From Squalus acanthias (taxonomy: Eukaryota): 64,000 nucleotides of DNA. A program made the position numbers and the translations under genes. Within the stretch, counting starts at the first letter, position 1. Each line of letters starts with the position of its first letter. The notes beneath the pieces are model-generated. The model was not told the DNA's origin, did not search any database, and saw only the letters and a list, made by a program, of their open reading frames with translations. The stretch is from contig CM059438.1 in the NCBI GenBank assembly GCA_030390025.1, positions 59,398,001 to 59,462,000 on the forward strand, given 5' to 3'. Shown here piece after piece: positions 1-15,000 of this stretch.

Positions 1-3000
1 TCAGTGTTCCCCAGTGTGATTCAGTGTTCCCCAGTGTGATTCAATGTTCCCCAGTGTGATTCAATGTTCCCCAGTGTGATTCAGTATTCCCCAGTGTGAT
101 TCCGTATTCCCCAGTGGGATTCAATGTTCCCCAGTGTGATTCAGCGTTCCCCAGTGTGATTCAGTGTTCAGCAGTGTGATTCAATGTTCCCCAGTGTGAT
201 TCAGTGTTCCCCAGTGTGATTCAGTATTCCCCAGTGTGATTCAGTGTTCAGCAGTGTGATTCAATGTTCCCCAGTGTGATTCAGTGTTCCCCAGTGTGAT
301 TCAGTATTCCCCAGTGTGATTCAGTGTTCAGCAGTTTGATTCAATGTTCCCCAGTGTGATTCAGCGTTCCCCAGTGTGATTCAGTGTTCAGCAGTGTGAT
401 TCAATGTTCCCCAGTGTGATTCAGTGTTCCCCAGTGTGATTCAGTATTCCCCAGTGTGATTCAGTGTTCAGCAGTTTGATTCAATGTTCCCCAGTGTGAT
501 TCAGTGTTCCCCATTGTGATTCAATGTTCCCCAGTGTGATTCAGTATTCCCCAGTGTGATTCATTGTTCAGCAGTGTGATTCAATGTTCCCCAATGGGAT
601 TCAGGGTTCCCCAGTGTGATTCAGTATTCCCCAGTGTGATTCAGTATTCCCCAGTGTGCTTCAGCATTCCCCAGAGTGATTCAATGTTCCCCAGTGTGAC
701 TCAGTGTTCCCCAGTGTGATTCAGTATTCCCCAGTGTGAATCAGTGTTCAGCAGTGTGATTCAATGTTCCCCAATGGGATTCAGGGTTCCCCAGTGTGAT
801 TCAGTATTCCCCAGTGTGATTCAGTGGTCCCCAGTGTGCTTCAGCATTCCCCAGAGTGATTCAATGTTCCCCAGTGTGACTCAGTGTTCCCCAGTGTGAT
901 TCCGTGTTCCCCAGTGTGATTCAGTATTCCCCAGTGTGATTCAGTGTTCAGCAGTGTGATTCGATGTTCCCCAATGGGATTCAGTATTCCCCCACTGTGA
1001 TTCAGTGTTCCCCAGTGAGATTCAGTATTCCCCAGTGTGATTCAGTGTACCCCAGTGTGATTCAATGTTCCCCAGTGTGATTCAGTATTCCCCAGTGTGA
1101 TTCAGTATTCCCCAGTGTGATTAAGTGTTCCCCAGTGTGATTCAATGTTCCCCACTGTGATTCAATGTTCCCCAGTGTGATTCAGTGTTCGCCAGTGTGA
1201 TTCTGTATTCGCCAGTGTGATTCAATGTTCCCCACTGTGATTCAGTGTTCCCCAGTGTGATTCAATGTTCCCCACTGTGATTCAGTGTTCCCCAGTGTGA
1301 TTCAATGTTCTCCAGTGTGATTCAGCATTCCCCAGTGTGATTCAGTGTTCCCCGGTGTGATTCAATGTTCCCCAGTGTGATTCTGTATTCGCCAGTGTGA
1401 TTCAATGTTTCCCAGTGTGATTCAGTATTCCCCAGTATGATTCAGTATTCCCCAGTGTTCCCCAGTGTGATTCAGTGTTCCCCAGTGTGATTCAGTGTTC
1501 ACCAGTGTGATTCCGTATTCCCCAGTGTGATTCAATGTTCCCCAGTGTGATTCATTAATCCCCAGTGTGATTCAGTGTTCCCCAGTGTGATTCAGTATTC
1601 CCCAGTGTGATTCAGTATTCCCCAGTGTGATTCAGTGTTCCCCAGTGTGATTCAGTGTTCCCCAGTGTGATTCAATGTTCCCCAGTGTGATTCCGTATTC
1701 CCCAGTGTGATTCAGTGTTCCCCAGTGTGATTCAGTGTTCCCCAGTGTGATTCAGTGTTCCCCAGTGTGATTCAGTGTTCCCCAGTGTGATTCAGTGTTC
1801 CCCAGTGTGATTCAGTATTCCCAAGTGTGATTCAGTGTTCCCCAGTGTGATTCATTATTCCCCAGTGTGATTCAGTGTTCCCCAGTGTGATTCAGTATTC
1901 CCCAGTGTGATTCAGTATTCCCCAGTGTGATTCAATGTTCCCCAGTGTGATTCAGTATTCCCCAGTGTGATTCAGTGTTCCCCAGTGTGATTCAGTGTTC
2001 CCCAGTGTGATTCAGTGTTCCCCAGTGTGATTCAATGTTCCCCAGTGTGATTCAGTGTTCCCCAGTGTGATTCTGTATTCGCCAGTGTGATTCAATGTTC
2101 CCCACTGTGATTCAGTGTTCCCCAGTGTGATTCAATGTTCCCCACTGTGATTCAGTGTTCCCCAGTGTGATTCAATGTTCCCCAGTGTGATTCAGCATTC
2201 CCCAGTGTGATTCAGTGTTCCCCAGTGTGATTCAATGTTCCCCAGTGTGATTCAATGTTCCCCAGTGTGATTCAGTGTTCCCCAGTGTGATTCAGTGTTC
2301 CCAGTGTGATTCAGCATTCCCCAGCTGTGATTCAGTGTTCCCAGTGTGATTCAGTGTTCCCCAGTGTGATTCTGTATTCGCCAGTGTGATTCAATGTTCC
2401 CCAGTGTGATTCAGTATTCCCCAGTATGATTCAGTATTCCCCAGTGTTCCCCAGTGTGATTCAGTGTTCCCCAGTGTGATTCAGTGTTCCCCAGTGTGAT
2501 TCAGTGTTCCCCCGTGTGATTCAATGTTCCCCAGTGTGATTCCGTATTCCCCAGTGTGATTCAGTATTCCCCAGTGTGATTCAATGTTCCCCAGTGTGAT
2601 TCATTATTCCCCAGTGTGATTCAGTGTTCCCCAGTGTGATTCAGTATTCCCCAGTGTGATTCAGTATTCCCCAGTGTGATTCAGTGTTCCCCAGTGTGAT
2701 TCAGTGTTCCCCAGTGTGATTCAATGTTCCCCAGTGTGATTCAGTATTCCCCAGTGTGATTCAATGTTCCCCAGTGTGATTCAGTGTTCCCCAGTGTGAT
2801 TCAGTGTTCCCCAGTGTGATTCAGTGTTCCCCAGTGTGATTCAGTGTTCCCCAGTGTGATTCAGTATTCCCCAGTGTGATTCAGTGTTCCCCAGTGTGAT
2901 TCATTATTCCCCAGTGTGATTCAGTGTTCCCCAGTGTGATTCAGTGTTCCCCAGTGTGATTCAGTGTTCCCCAGTGTGATTCAATGTTCCCCAGTGTGAT

Positions 3001-6000
3001 TCAGTATTCCCCAGTGTGATTCAGTATTCCCCAGTGTGATTCAGTTTTCCCAGTGTGATTCAGTGTTCCCCAGTGTGATTCAGTGTTACCAGTGTGATAC
3101 AATGTTCCCCATTGTGTTTCAGCATTCCCCAGTGTGATTCAGATTTCCCCAGTGTGATTCCGTGTTCGCCAGTGTGCTTCAGTAATCCGCATCGTGATTC
3201 AGTGTTGCCCATTGTGATTTAGTTTTCCCCAGTGTGATTCAGTGTTCCCCAGTGTGACTCAGTGTTCCCCCAGTGTGATTAAATTTTCCCCCAATGTGAT
3301 TCAATGTTCCCCAGTGTGATTCCAGTGTTCCCCAGTGTGATTCAATGTTCCCCGGATGTACTTCAGTATTCCCCAGTGTGATTCAATGTTCCCCATGTGA
3401 TTTCAGTGTTCCCCCAGTATGATTCGTATTCCCCCAGTGTGATTCAGTATTCCCCAGTGTGATTCAGTGTTCCCCAGTGTTATTCAGTGTTCCCAAGTGT
3501 GATTCAGTGTTCCCCAGTCTGATTCAGTGTTCCCAGTGTGATTCAGTGTTCCCCAGTGTGATTCAGTGTTCCCCAGTGTGATTCAGTGTTCCCCAGTGTG
3601 ATTCAGTGTTCCCCAGTGTGATTCAGTGTTCCCCAGTGTGATTCAGTGTTCCCCAGTGTGATTCAATGTTCCCCAGTGTGATTCAGTGTTCCCCAGTGTG
3701 ATTCAGTGTTCCCCAGTGTGATTCAGTGTTCCCCAGTGTGATTCAGTGTTCCCCAGTGTGATTCAGTGTTCCCCAGTGTGATTCAGTTTTCCCCAGTGTG
3801 ATTCAGTGTTCCCCAGTGTGATTCAGTGTTCCCCAGTGTGATTCAGTGTTCCCAGTGTGATTCAGTGTTCCCCAGTGTGATTCAGTGTTCCCCAGTGTGA
3901 TTCAATGTTCCCCAGTGTGATTCAGTATTCCCAGTGTGATTCAATGTTCCCAGTGTGATTCAGTATTCCCCAGTGTGATTCAGTGTTCCCAGTGTGATTC
4001 AGTGTTCCCCACTGTGATTCAGTGTTCCCCAGTGTGATTCAGTGTTCTCCAGTGTGATTCAATGCTCCCCAGTGAGATGCAGTATTCCCCAGTGTGATTC
4101 TGTATTCCCCAGTGTGATTCAATGTTCCCCAGTGTGATTCAGTGTTCCCCAGTGTGATTCAATGTTCGCCACTGTGATTCAGTGTTCCCCAGTTTGATTC
4201 AATGTTCCCCAGTGTGATTCAGTATTCCCCAGTGTGATTCAGTGTTCCCCAGTGTGATTCAGTGTTCCCCAGTTTGATTCAATGTTCCCCAGTGTGATTC
4301 AGTGTTCCACAGTGTGATTCAGTGTTCCCCAGTGTGATTCAATGTTCCCCAGTGTGATTCAGTGTTCCTCAATGTTATTCAGCGTTCCCCAGTGTGATTC
4401 AGTTTTCCCCAGTGTGATTCAGTGTTCCCCAGTGTGATTCAGTGCAACCCAGTGTGATTCAATGTTCCCGAATGTGATTCAGTATTCCCCAGTGTGATTC
4501 AGATTTCCCCAGTGTGATTCAATGTTCCCCAGTGTGCTTCAGTATTCCGCAGTGTGATTCAATGTTCCCCATTGTGATTCAGTATACCCCATTGTGATTC
4601 AGTGTTCCCCAGTGTGATTCGGTGTTCCCCAGTGTGATTCAGTGTTCCCCAGTGTGATTCAGTGTTCCCCAGTGTGATTCAGTATTCCGCAGTGTGATTC
4701 AATGTTCCCCATTGTGATTCAGTATTCCCAATTCTGATTCAGTGTTCACCAGTGTGATTCAGTGTTCCCCAGTGTGATTAAATTTTCCCCAGTGTGATTC
4801 AGTGTTCTCCAGTTTGATTTAGTGTTGCCTAGTGTGATTCAGTGTCCCCCAGTGTGATTGAATGTTCCCCAGTGTGATTTAGTGTTCACCAGTTTGATTC
4901 AGTGTTCCCCAGTGTGATTCAGTGTTCCCCAGTGTGATTCAGTGTTCCCCAGTGTTCCCCAGTGTGATTCAGTGTTCCCCAGTGTGATTCAGTCTTCCCC
5001 AGTGTGATTCAGTGTTCCCCAGTGTGATTCAGTGTCCCCAGTTTGATTCAATGTTCCCCAGTGTGATTCAGTGTTCCCCAGTGTGATTCAGTGTTCCCCA
5101 GTGTGATTCAATGTTCCCCAGTGTGATTCAGTGTTCCTCAGTGTTATTCAGTGTTCCCCAGTGTGATTCAGTTTTCCCCAGTGTGATTCAGTGTTCCCCA
5201 GTGTGATTCAGTGTTCCCCAGTGTGATTCAGTGTTCCCCACTGTGATTCAGTATTCCCCAGTGTGATTCAGATTTCCCCAGTGTGATTCATGTTCCCCAG
5301 TGTGCTTCAGTATTCCGCAGTGTGATTCAATGTTACCCATTGTGATTCAGTTTTCCCCATTGTGATTCAGTGTTCCCCAGTGTGACTCAGTGTTCCCCAG
5401 TGTGATTAAATTTTCCCCAATGTGATTCAATGTTCCCCAGTGTGATTCAGTGTTCCCCAGTGTGATTCAATGTTCCCCGGTGTACTTCAGTATTCCCCAG
5501 TGTGATTCAATGTTCCCCAATGTGATTCAGTGTTCCCCAGTATGATTCAGTATTCCCCAGTGTGATTCAGTATTCCCCAGTGTGATTCAGTGTTCCCCAG
5601 TGTGATTCAGTGTTCCCCAGTGTGATTCAGTGTTCCCCAGTGTGATTCAGTGTTCCCAGTGTGATTCAGTGTTCCCCAGCTGTGATTCAGTGTTCCCCAG
5701 TTTGATTCAATATTCCCCAGTGTGATTCAGTATTCCCCAGTGTGATTCAGTGTTCCCCAGTGTGATTCAGTGTTCCCCAGTTTGATTCAATGTTCCCCAG
5801 TGTGATTCAGTGTTCCACAGTGTGATTCAGTGTTCCCCAGTGTGATTCAATGTTCCCCAGTGTGATTCAGTGTTCCTCAGTGTTATTCAGCGTTCCCCAG
5901 TGTGATTCAGTTTTCCCCAGTGTGATTCAGTGTTCTCCAGTGTGATTCAGTGCTACCCAGTGTGATTCAATGTTCCCGAATGTGATTCAGTATTCCCCAG

Positions 6001-9000
6001 TGTGATTCAGATTTCCCCAGTGTGATTCAATGTTCCCCAGTGTGCTTCAATATTCCGCAGTGTGATTCAATGTTCCCCATTGTGATTCAGTATACCCCAT
6101 TGTGATTCAGTGTTCACCAGTGTGATTCGTTGTTCCCCAGTGTGATTCAGTGTTCCCCAGTGTGATTCAGTGTTCCCCAGTGTGATTCAGTATTCCGCAG
6201 TGTGATTCAATGTTCCCCATTGTGATTCAGTATTCCCAAGTGTGATTCAGTGTTCACCAGTGTGATTCAGTGTTCCCCAGTGTGATTAAATTTTCCCCAG
6301 TGTGATTCAGTGTTCTCCAGTTTGATTTAGTGTTCCCCAGTGTGATTCAGTGTCCCCCAGTGTGATTCAGTCTTCCCCAGTGTGATTCAGTGCTACCCAG
6401 TGTGATTCAATGTTCCCGAATGTGATTCAGTATTCCCCAGTGTGATTCAGATTTCCCCAGTGTGATTCAATGTTCCCCAGTGTGCTTCAATATTCCGCAG
6501 TGTGATTCAATGTTCCCCATTGTGATTCAGTATTCCCCAGTGTGATTCAGTGTTCCCCAGTGTGATTCAGTGTTCCTCAGTGTTATTCAGCGTTCCCCAG
6601 TGTGATTCAGTTTTCCCCAGTGTGATTCAGTGTTCCCCAGTGTGATTCAGTGCAACCCAGTGTGATTCAATGTTCCCGAATGTGATTCAGTATTCCCCAG
6701 TGTGATTCAGATTTCCCCAGTGTGATTCAATGTTCCCCAGTGTGCTTCAGTATTCCGCAGTGTGATTCAGTGTTCCCCAGTGTGATTCAGTATTCCCCAG
6801 TGTGATTCAGTGTTCCCCAGTGTGATTCAGTGTTCCCCAGTGTGATTCAGTGTTCCCCAGTGTGATTCAGTGTTCCCCAGTGTGATTCAGTATTCCGCAG
6901 TGTGATTCAATGTTCCCCATTGTGATTCAGTATTCCCCATTGTGATTCAGTGTTCCCCAGTGTGATTCAGTGTTCCCCAGTGTGATTCAATTTTCCCCAG
7001 TGTGATTCAGTGTTCTCCAGTTTGATTTAGTGTTGCCTAGTGTGATTCAGTGTCCCCAGTGTGATTGAATGTTCCCCAGTGTGATTCAGTGTTCTCCAGT
7101 TTGATTCAGTGTTCCCCAGTGTGATTCAGTGTTCCCCAGTGTGATTCAGTGTTCCCCAGTGTTCCCCAGTGTGATTCAGTGTTCCCCAGTGTGATTCAGT
7201 CTTCCCCAGTGTGATTCATTGTTCCCCAGTGTGACTCAGTGTCCCCCAGTTTGATTCAATGTTCCCCAGTGTGATTCAGTGTTCCCCAGTGTGATTCAGT
7301 GTTCCCCAGTGTGATTCAATGTTCCCCAGTGTGATTCAGTGTTCCTCAGTGTTATTCAGTGTTCCCCAGTGTGATTCAGTTTTCCCCAGTGTGATTCAGT
7401 GTTCCCCAGTGTGATTCAGTGTTACCCAGTGTGATTCAATGTTCCCCACTGTGATTCAGTATTCCCCAGTGTGATTCAGATTTCCCCAGTGTGATTCCAT
7501 GTTCCCCAGTGTGATTCGGTATTCCCCATTGTGATTCAGTATTCCCCAGTGTGACTCAGTGTTCCCCAGTGTGATTAAATTTTCCCCAATGTGATTCAAT
7601 GTTCCCCAGTGTGATTCAGTGTTCCCCAGTGTGATTCAATGTTCCCCGGTGTACTTCAGTATTCCCCAGTGTGATTCAATGTTTCCCATTGTGATTCAGT
7701 GTTCCCCAGTATGATTCCGTATTCCCCAGTGTGATTCAGTATTCCCCAGTGTGATTCAGTGTTCCCCAGTGTTATTCAGTGTTCCCTAGTGTGATTCAGT
7801 GTTCCCCAGTCTGATTCAGTGTTCCCCAGTGTGATTCAGTGTTCCCCAGCGTGATTCAGTGTTCCCCAGTTTGATTCAATATTCCCCAGTGTGATTCAGT
7901 ATTCCCCAGTGTGATTCAGTGTTCCCCAGTGTGATTCAGTGTTCCCCAGTTTGATTCAATGTTCCCCAGTGTGATTCAGTGTTCCACAGTGTGATTCAGT
8001 GTTCCCCAGTATGATTCAATGTTCCCCAGTGTGATTCAGTGTTCCTCAATGTTATTCAGCGTTCCCCAGTGTAATTCAGTTTTCCCCAGTGTGATTCAGT
8101 GTTCTCCAGTGTGATTCAGTGCTACCCAGTGTGATTCAATGTTCCCGAATGTGATTCAGTATTCCCCAGTGTGATTCAGATTTCCCCAGTGTGATTCAAT
8201 GTTCCCCAGTGTGCTTCAATATTCCGCAGTGTGATTCAATGTTCCCCATTGTGATTCAGTATACCCCATTGTGATTCAGTGTTCACCAGTGTGATTCGTG
8301 TTCCCCAGTGTGATTCAGTGTTCCCCAGTGTGATTCAGTGTTCCCCAGTGTGATTCAGTATTCCGCAGTGTGATTCAATGTTCCCCATTGTGATTCAGTA
8401 TTCCCAATTGCGATTCAGTGTTCACCAGTGTGATTCAGTGTTCCCCAGTGTGATAAATTTTCCCCAGTGTGATTCAGTGTTCTCCAGTTTGATTTAGTGT
8501 TCCCCAGTGTGATTCAGTGTCCCCCAGTGTGATTCAGTGTTCCCCAGTGTGATTCAGTGTTCCCCAGTGTGATTCAGTGTTCCCCAGTGTGATTCAGTGT
8601 TCCCCAGTGTGATTCAGTATTCCCCAGTGTGATTCAGTGTTCCCCAGTGTGCTTCAGTATTCCGCAGTGTGATTCAATGTTCCCCATTGTGATTCAGTAT
8701 TCCCCATTGTGATTCAGTGTTCCCCAGTGTGATTCAGTGTTCCCCAGTGTGATTCAGTGTTCCCCAGTGTGATTCAGTGTTCCCCAGTGTGATTCAGTTC
8801 CCAGTGTGATTCAGTGTTCCCCAGTGTGATTCAGTGTTCCCCAGTGTGATTCAGTGTTCCCCAGTGTGATTCAGTGTTCCCAGTGTGATTCAATTTTCCC
8901 CAGTGTGATTCAGTGTTCCCAGTTTGATTCAGTGTTCCCAGTGTGATTCAGTGTCCCCAGTGATTCAGTGTTCCCCAGTGTGATCATGTTCCCCAGTGTG

Positions 9001-12000
9001 ATTCAGTGTTCCCCAGTTTGATTCAGTGTTCCCAGTGTGATTCAGTGTTCCCCAGTGTGATTCAGTGTTCCCCAGTGTTCCCCAGTGTGATTCAGTGTTC
9101 CCCAGTGTGATTCAGTCTTCCCCAGTGTGATTCAGTGTTCCCCAGTGTGATTCAGTGTCCCCCAGTTTGATTCAATGTTCCCCAGTGTGATTCAGTGTTC
9201 CACAGTGTGATTCAGTGTTCCCCAGTGTGATTCAATGTTCCCCAGTGTGATTCAGTGTTCCCCAGTGTGATTCAATGTTCCCCAGTGTGATTCAGTGTTC
9301 CCCATTGTGATTCAGTGTTCCCCAGTGTGATTCAGTTTTCCCCAGTGTGATTCAGTGTTCCCCATTGTGATTCAGTGTTCACCAGTGTGATTCGTTGTTC
9401 CCCAGTGTGATTCAGTGTTCCCCAGTGTGATTCAATGTTCCCCAGTGTGCTTCAGTATTCTGCAGTGTGATTCAATGTTCCCCATTGTGATTCAGTGTTC
9501 CCCAGTGTGACTCAGTGTTCCCCAGTGTGATTAAATTTTCCCCAATGTGATTCAATGTTCCCCAGTGTGATTCAGTGTTCCCCAGTGTGATTCAATGTTC
9601 CCCGGTGTACTTCAGTATTCCCCAGTGTGATTCAATGTTCCCCATTGTGATTCAGTGTTCCCCAGTATGATTCCGTATTCCCCAGTGTGATTCAGTATTC
9701 CCCAATGTGATTCAGTGTTCCCCAGTGTTATTCAGTGTTCCCTAGTGTGATTCAGTGTTCCCCAGTCTGATTCAGTGTTCCCCAGTGTGATTCAGTGTTC
9801 CCCAGCGTGATTCAGTGTTCCCCAGTTTGATTCAATATTCCCCAGTGTGATTCAGTATTCCCCAGTGTGATTCAGTGTTCCCCAGTGTGATTCAGTGTTC
9901 CCCAGTTTGATTCAATGTTCCCCAGTGTGATTCAGTGTTCCACAGTGTGATTCAGTGTTCCCCAGTATGATTCAATGTTCCCCAGTGTGATTCAGTGTTC
10001 CTCAATGTTATTCAGCGTTCCCCAGTGTGATTCAGTTTTCCCCAGTGTGATTCAGTGTTCTCCAGTGTGATTCAGTGCTACCCAGTGTGATTCAATGTTC
10101 CCGAATGTGATTCAGTATTCCCCAGTGTGATTCAGATTTCCCCAGTGTGATTCAATGTTCCCCAGTGTGCTTCAATATTCCGCAGTGTGATTCAATGTTC
10201 CCCATTGTGATTCAGTATACCCCATTGTGATTCAGTGTTCACCAGTGTGATTCGTTGTTCCCCAGTGTGATTCAGTGTTCCCCAGTGTGATTCAGTGTTC
10301 CCCAGTGTGATTCAGTATTCCGCAGTGTGATTCAATGTTCCCCATTGTGATTCAGTATTCCCAATTGTGATTCAGTGTTCACCAGTGTGATTCAGTGTTC
10401 CCCAGTGTGATTAAATTTTCCCCAGTGTGATTCAGTGTTCTCCAGTTTGATTTAGTGTTCCCCAGTGTGATTCAGTGTCCCCAGTGTGATTGAATGTTCC
10501 CCAGTGTGATTCAGTGTTCTCCAGTTTGATTCAGTGTTCCCCAGTGTGATTCAGTGTTCCCCAGTGTGATTCAGTGTTCCCCAGTGTGATTCAGTCTTCC
10601 CCAGTGTGATTCAGTGTTCCCCAGTGTGATTCAGTGTCCCCCAGTTTGATTCAATGTTCCCCAGTGTGATTCAGTGTTCCACAGTGTGATTCAGTGTTCC
10701 CCAGTGTGATTCAGTTTTCCCCAGTGTGATTCAGTGTTCCCCAGTGTGATTCAGTGTTACCCAGTGTGATTCAATGTTCCCCAGTGTGATTCAGTATTCC
10801 CCAGTGTGATTCAGTATTCCCCAGTGTGATTCAGATTTCCCCAGTGTGATTCAGTGTTCCCCAGTGTGACTCAGTATTCCCCAGTGTGATTCAATGTTCC
10901 CCACTGTGATTCAGTATTCCCCAGTGTGATTCAGATTTCCCCAGTGTGATTCAGTGTTCCCCAGTGTGACTCAGTATTCCCCAGTGTGATTCAATGTTCC
11001 CCATTGTGATTCAGTGTTCCCCAGTGTGATTCAGTGTTCCCCAGTGTGATTCAGTGTTCCCCAGTGTGATTCAGTGTTCCCCAGTGTGATTCAGTGTTCC
11101 CCAGTGTGCTTCAGTATTCCGCAGTGTGATTCAATGTTCCCCATTGTGATTCAGTATTCCCCATTGTGATTCAGTGTTCACCAGTGTGATTCAGTGTTCC
11201 CCAGTGTGATTAAATTTTCCCCAGTGTGATTCAGTGTTCTCCAGTTTGATTTAGTGTTGCCCAGTGTGATTCAGTGTCCCCCAGTGTGATTGAATGTTCC
11301 CCAGTGTGATTTAGTGTTCACCAGTTTGATTCAGTGTTCCCCAGTGTGATTCAGTGTTCCCCAGTGTGATTCAGTGTTCCCCAGTGTTCCCCAGTGTGAT
11401 TCAGTGTTCCCCAGTGTGATTCAGTCTTCCCCAGTGTGATTCAGTGTTCCCCAGTGTGATTCAGTGTTCCCCAGTTTGATTCAATGTTCCCCAGTGTGAT
11501 TCAGTGTTCCACAGTGTGATTCAGTGTTCCCCAGTGTGATTCAATGTTCCCCAGTGTGATTCAGTGTTCCCCAGTGTGATTCAGTGTTCCCCAGTGTGAT
11601 TCAGTGTTCCCCAGTGTGATTCAGTGTTCCCCAGTGTGATTCAGTTTTCCCCAGTGTGATTCAGTGTTCCCCAGTGTGATTCAGTGTTCCCCAGTGTGAT
11701 TCAGTGTTCCCCAGTGTGATTCAGTGTTCCCCAGTGTGATTCAATGTTCCCCAGTGTGCTTCAGTATTCCGCAGTGTGATTCAATGTTCCCCATTGTGAT
11801 TCAGTGTTCCCCAGTGTGATTCAGTGTTCCCCAGTGTGATTCAATTTTCCCCAGTGTGATTCAATGTTCCCCAGTGTGATTCAATGTTCCCCAGTGTGAT
11901 TCAATGTTCCCCAGTGTGATTCAGTGCTTCCCCAGTGTGATTCAATGTTCCCCAGTGTGATTCAGTATTCCCCAGTGTGATTCAGATTTCCCCAGTGTGA

Positions 12001-15000
12001 TTCAATGTTCCCCAGTGTGATTCAGTGTTCCGCAGTGTGATTCAATGTTCCCCATTGTGATTCAGTATACCCCATTGTGATTCAGTGTTCACCAGTGTGA
12101 TTCGTTGTTCCCCAGTGTGATTCAGTGTTCCCCAGTGTGATTCAGTGTTCCCCAGTGTGATTCAGTATTCCGCAGTGTGATTCAATGTTCCCCATTGTGA
12201 TTCAGTATTCCCAATTGTGATTCAGTGTTCACCAGTGTGATTCAGTGTTCCCCAGTGTGATTAAATTTTCCCCAGTGTGATTCAGTGTTCTCCAGTTTGA
12301 TTTAGTGTTCCCCAGTGTGATTCAGTGTCCCCCAGTGTGATTGAATGTTCCCCAGTGTGATTTAGTGTTCACCAGTTTGATTCAGTGTTCCCCAGTGTGA
12401 TTCAGTGTTCCCCAGTGTGATTCAGTGTTCCCCAGTGTGATTCAGTCTTCCCCAGTGTGATTCAGTGTTCCCCAGTGTGATTCAGTGTCCCCCAGTTTGA
12501 TTCAATGTTCCCCAGTGTGATTCAGTGTTCCACAGTGTGATTCAGTGTTCCCCAGTGTGATTCAGTTTTCCCCAGTGTGATTCAGTGTTCCCCAGTGTGA
12601 TTCAGTGTTACCCAGTGTGATTCAATGTTCCCCAGTGTGATTCAGTATTCCCCAGTGTGATTCAGTATTCCCCAGTGTGATTCAGATTTCCCCAGTGTGA
12701 TTCAGTGTTCCCCAGTGTGACTCAGTATTCCCCAGTGTGATTCAATGTTCCCCACTGTGATTCAGTATTCCCCAGTGTGATTCAGATTTCCCCAGTGTGA
12801 TTCAGTGTTCCCCAGTGTGACTCAGTATTCCCCAGTGTGATTCAATGTTCCCCATTGTGATTCAGTGTTCCCCAGTGTGATTCAGTGTTCCCCAGTGTGA
12901 TTCAGTGTTCCCCAGTGTGATTCAGTGTTCCCCAGTGTGATTCAGTGTTCCCCAGTGTGATTCAGTATTCCGCAGTGTGATTCAATGTTCCCCATTGTGA
13001 TTCAGTATTCCCAATTGTGATTCAGTGTTCACCAGTGTGATTCAGTGTTCCCCAGTGTGATTAAATTTTCCCCAGTGTGATTCAGTGTTCTCCAGTTTGA
13101 TTTAGTGTTGCCCAGTGTGATTCAGTGTCCCCCAGTGTGATTGAATGTTCCCCAGTGTGATTTAGTGTTCACCAGTTTGATTCAGTGTTCCCCAGTGTGA
13201 TTCAGTGTTCCCCAGTGTGATTCAGTGTTCCCCAGTGTTCCCCAGTGTGATTCAGTGTTCCCCAGTGTGATTCAGTCTTCCCCAGTGTGATTCAGTGTTC
13301 CCCAGTGTGATTCAGTGTCCCCCAGTTTGATTCAATGTTCCCCAGTGTGATTCAGTGTTCCACAGTGTGATTCAGTGTTCCCCAGTGTGATTCAATGTTC
13401 CCCAGTGTGATTCAGTGTTCCTCAGTGTTATTCAGTGTTCCCCAGTGTGATTCAGTTTTCCCCAGTGTGATTCAGTGTTCCCCAGTGTGATTCAGTGTTA
13501 CCCAGTGTGATTCAATGTTCCCCACTGTGATTCAGTATTCCCCAGTGTGATTCAGATTTCCCCAGTGTGATTCCATGTTCCCCAGTGTGCTTCAGTATTC
13601 CGCAGTGTGATTCAATGTTACCCATTGTGATTCAGTATTCCCCATTGTGATTCAGTGTTCCCCAGTGTGATTCAGTGTTCCCCAGTGTGATTAAATTTTC
13701 CCCAATGTGATTCAATGTTCCCCAGTGTGATTCAGTGTTCCCCAGTGTGATTCAATGTTCCCCGGTGTACTTCAGTATTCCCCAGTGTGATTCAATGTTC
13801 CCCATTGTGATTCAGTGTTCCCCAGTATGATTCCGTATTCCCCAGTGTGATTCAGTATTCCCCAGTGTGATTCAGTGTTCCCCAGTGTTATTCAGTGTTC
13901 CCTAGTGTGATTCAGTGTTCCCCAGTCTGATTCAGTGTTCCCCAGTTTGATTCAATACTCCCCAGTGTGATTCAGTATTCCCCAGTGTGATTCAGTGTTC
14001 CCCAGTGTGATTCAGTGTTCCCCAGTTTGATTCAATGTTCCCCAGTGTGATTCAGTGTTCCACAGTGTGATTCAGTGTTCCCCAGTATGATTCAATGTTC
14101 CCCAGTGTGATTCAGTGTTCCTCAATGTTATTCAGCGTTCCCCAGTGTGATTCAGTTTTCCCCAGTGTGATTCAGTGTTCTCCAGTGTGATTCAGTGCTA
14201 CCCAGTGTGATTCAATGTTCCCGAATGTGATTCAGTATTCCCCAGTGTGATTCAGATTTCCCCAGTGTGATTCAATGTTCCCCAGTGTGCTTCAATATTC
14301 CGCAGTGTGATTCAATGTTCCCCATTGTGATTCAGTATACCCCATTGTGATTCAGTGTTCACCAGTGTGATTCGTTGTTCCCCAGTGTGATTCAGTGTTC
14401 CCCAGTGTGATTCAGTGTTCCCCAGTGTGATTCAGTATTCCGCAGTGTGATTCAATGTTCCCCATTGTGATTCAGTATTCCCAATTGTGATTCAGTGTTC
14501 ACCAGTGTGATTCAGTGTTCCCCAGTGTGATTAAATTTTCCCCAGTGTGATTCAGTGTTCTCCAGTTTGATTTAGTGTTCCCCAGTGTGATTCAGTGTCC
14601 CCCAGTGTGATTCAGTCTTCCCCAGTGTGATTCAGTGCTACCCAGTGTGATTCAATGTTCCCGAATGTGATTCAGTATTCCCCAGTGTGGTTCAGATTTC
14701 CCCAGTGTGATTCAATGTTCCCCAGTGTGCTTCAATATTCCGCAGTGTGATTCAATGTTCCCCATTGTGATTCAGTATACCCCATTGTGATTCAGTGTTC
14801 CCCAGTGTGATTCGGTGTTCCCCAGCGTGATTCAGTGTTCCCCAGTGTGATTCAGTGTTCCCCAGTGTGATTCAGTATTCCGCAGTGTGATTCAATGTTC
14901 CCCATTGTGATTCAGTATTCCCAATTGTGATTCAGTGTTCACCAGTGTGATTCAGTGTTCCCCAGTGTGATTAAATTTTCCCCAGTGTGATTCAGTGTTC

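Noticed and set aside
2290..9030. Patches of 1-bp indels (e.g. ~2290-2345, 3040-3540, 8790-9030) as distinct sub-families
   Set aside because: They mostly alter C-run length and cluster locally, which is more consistent with consensus or read errors.
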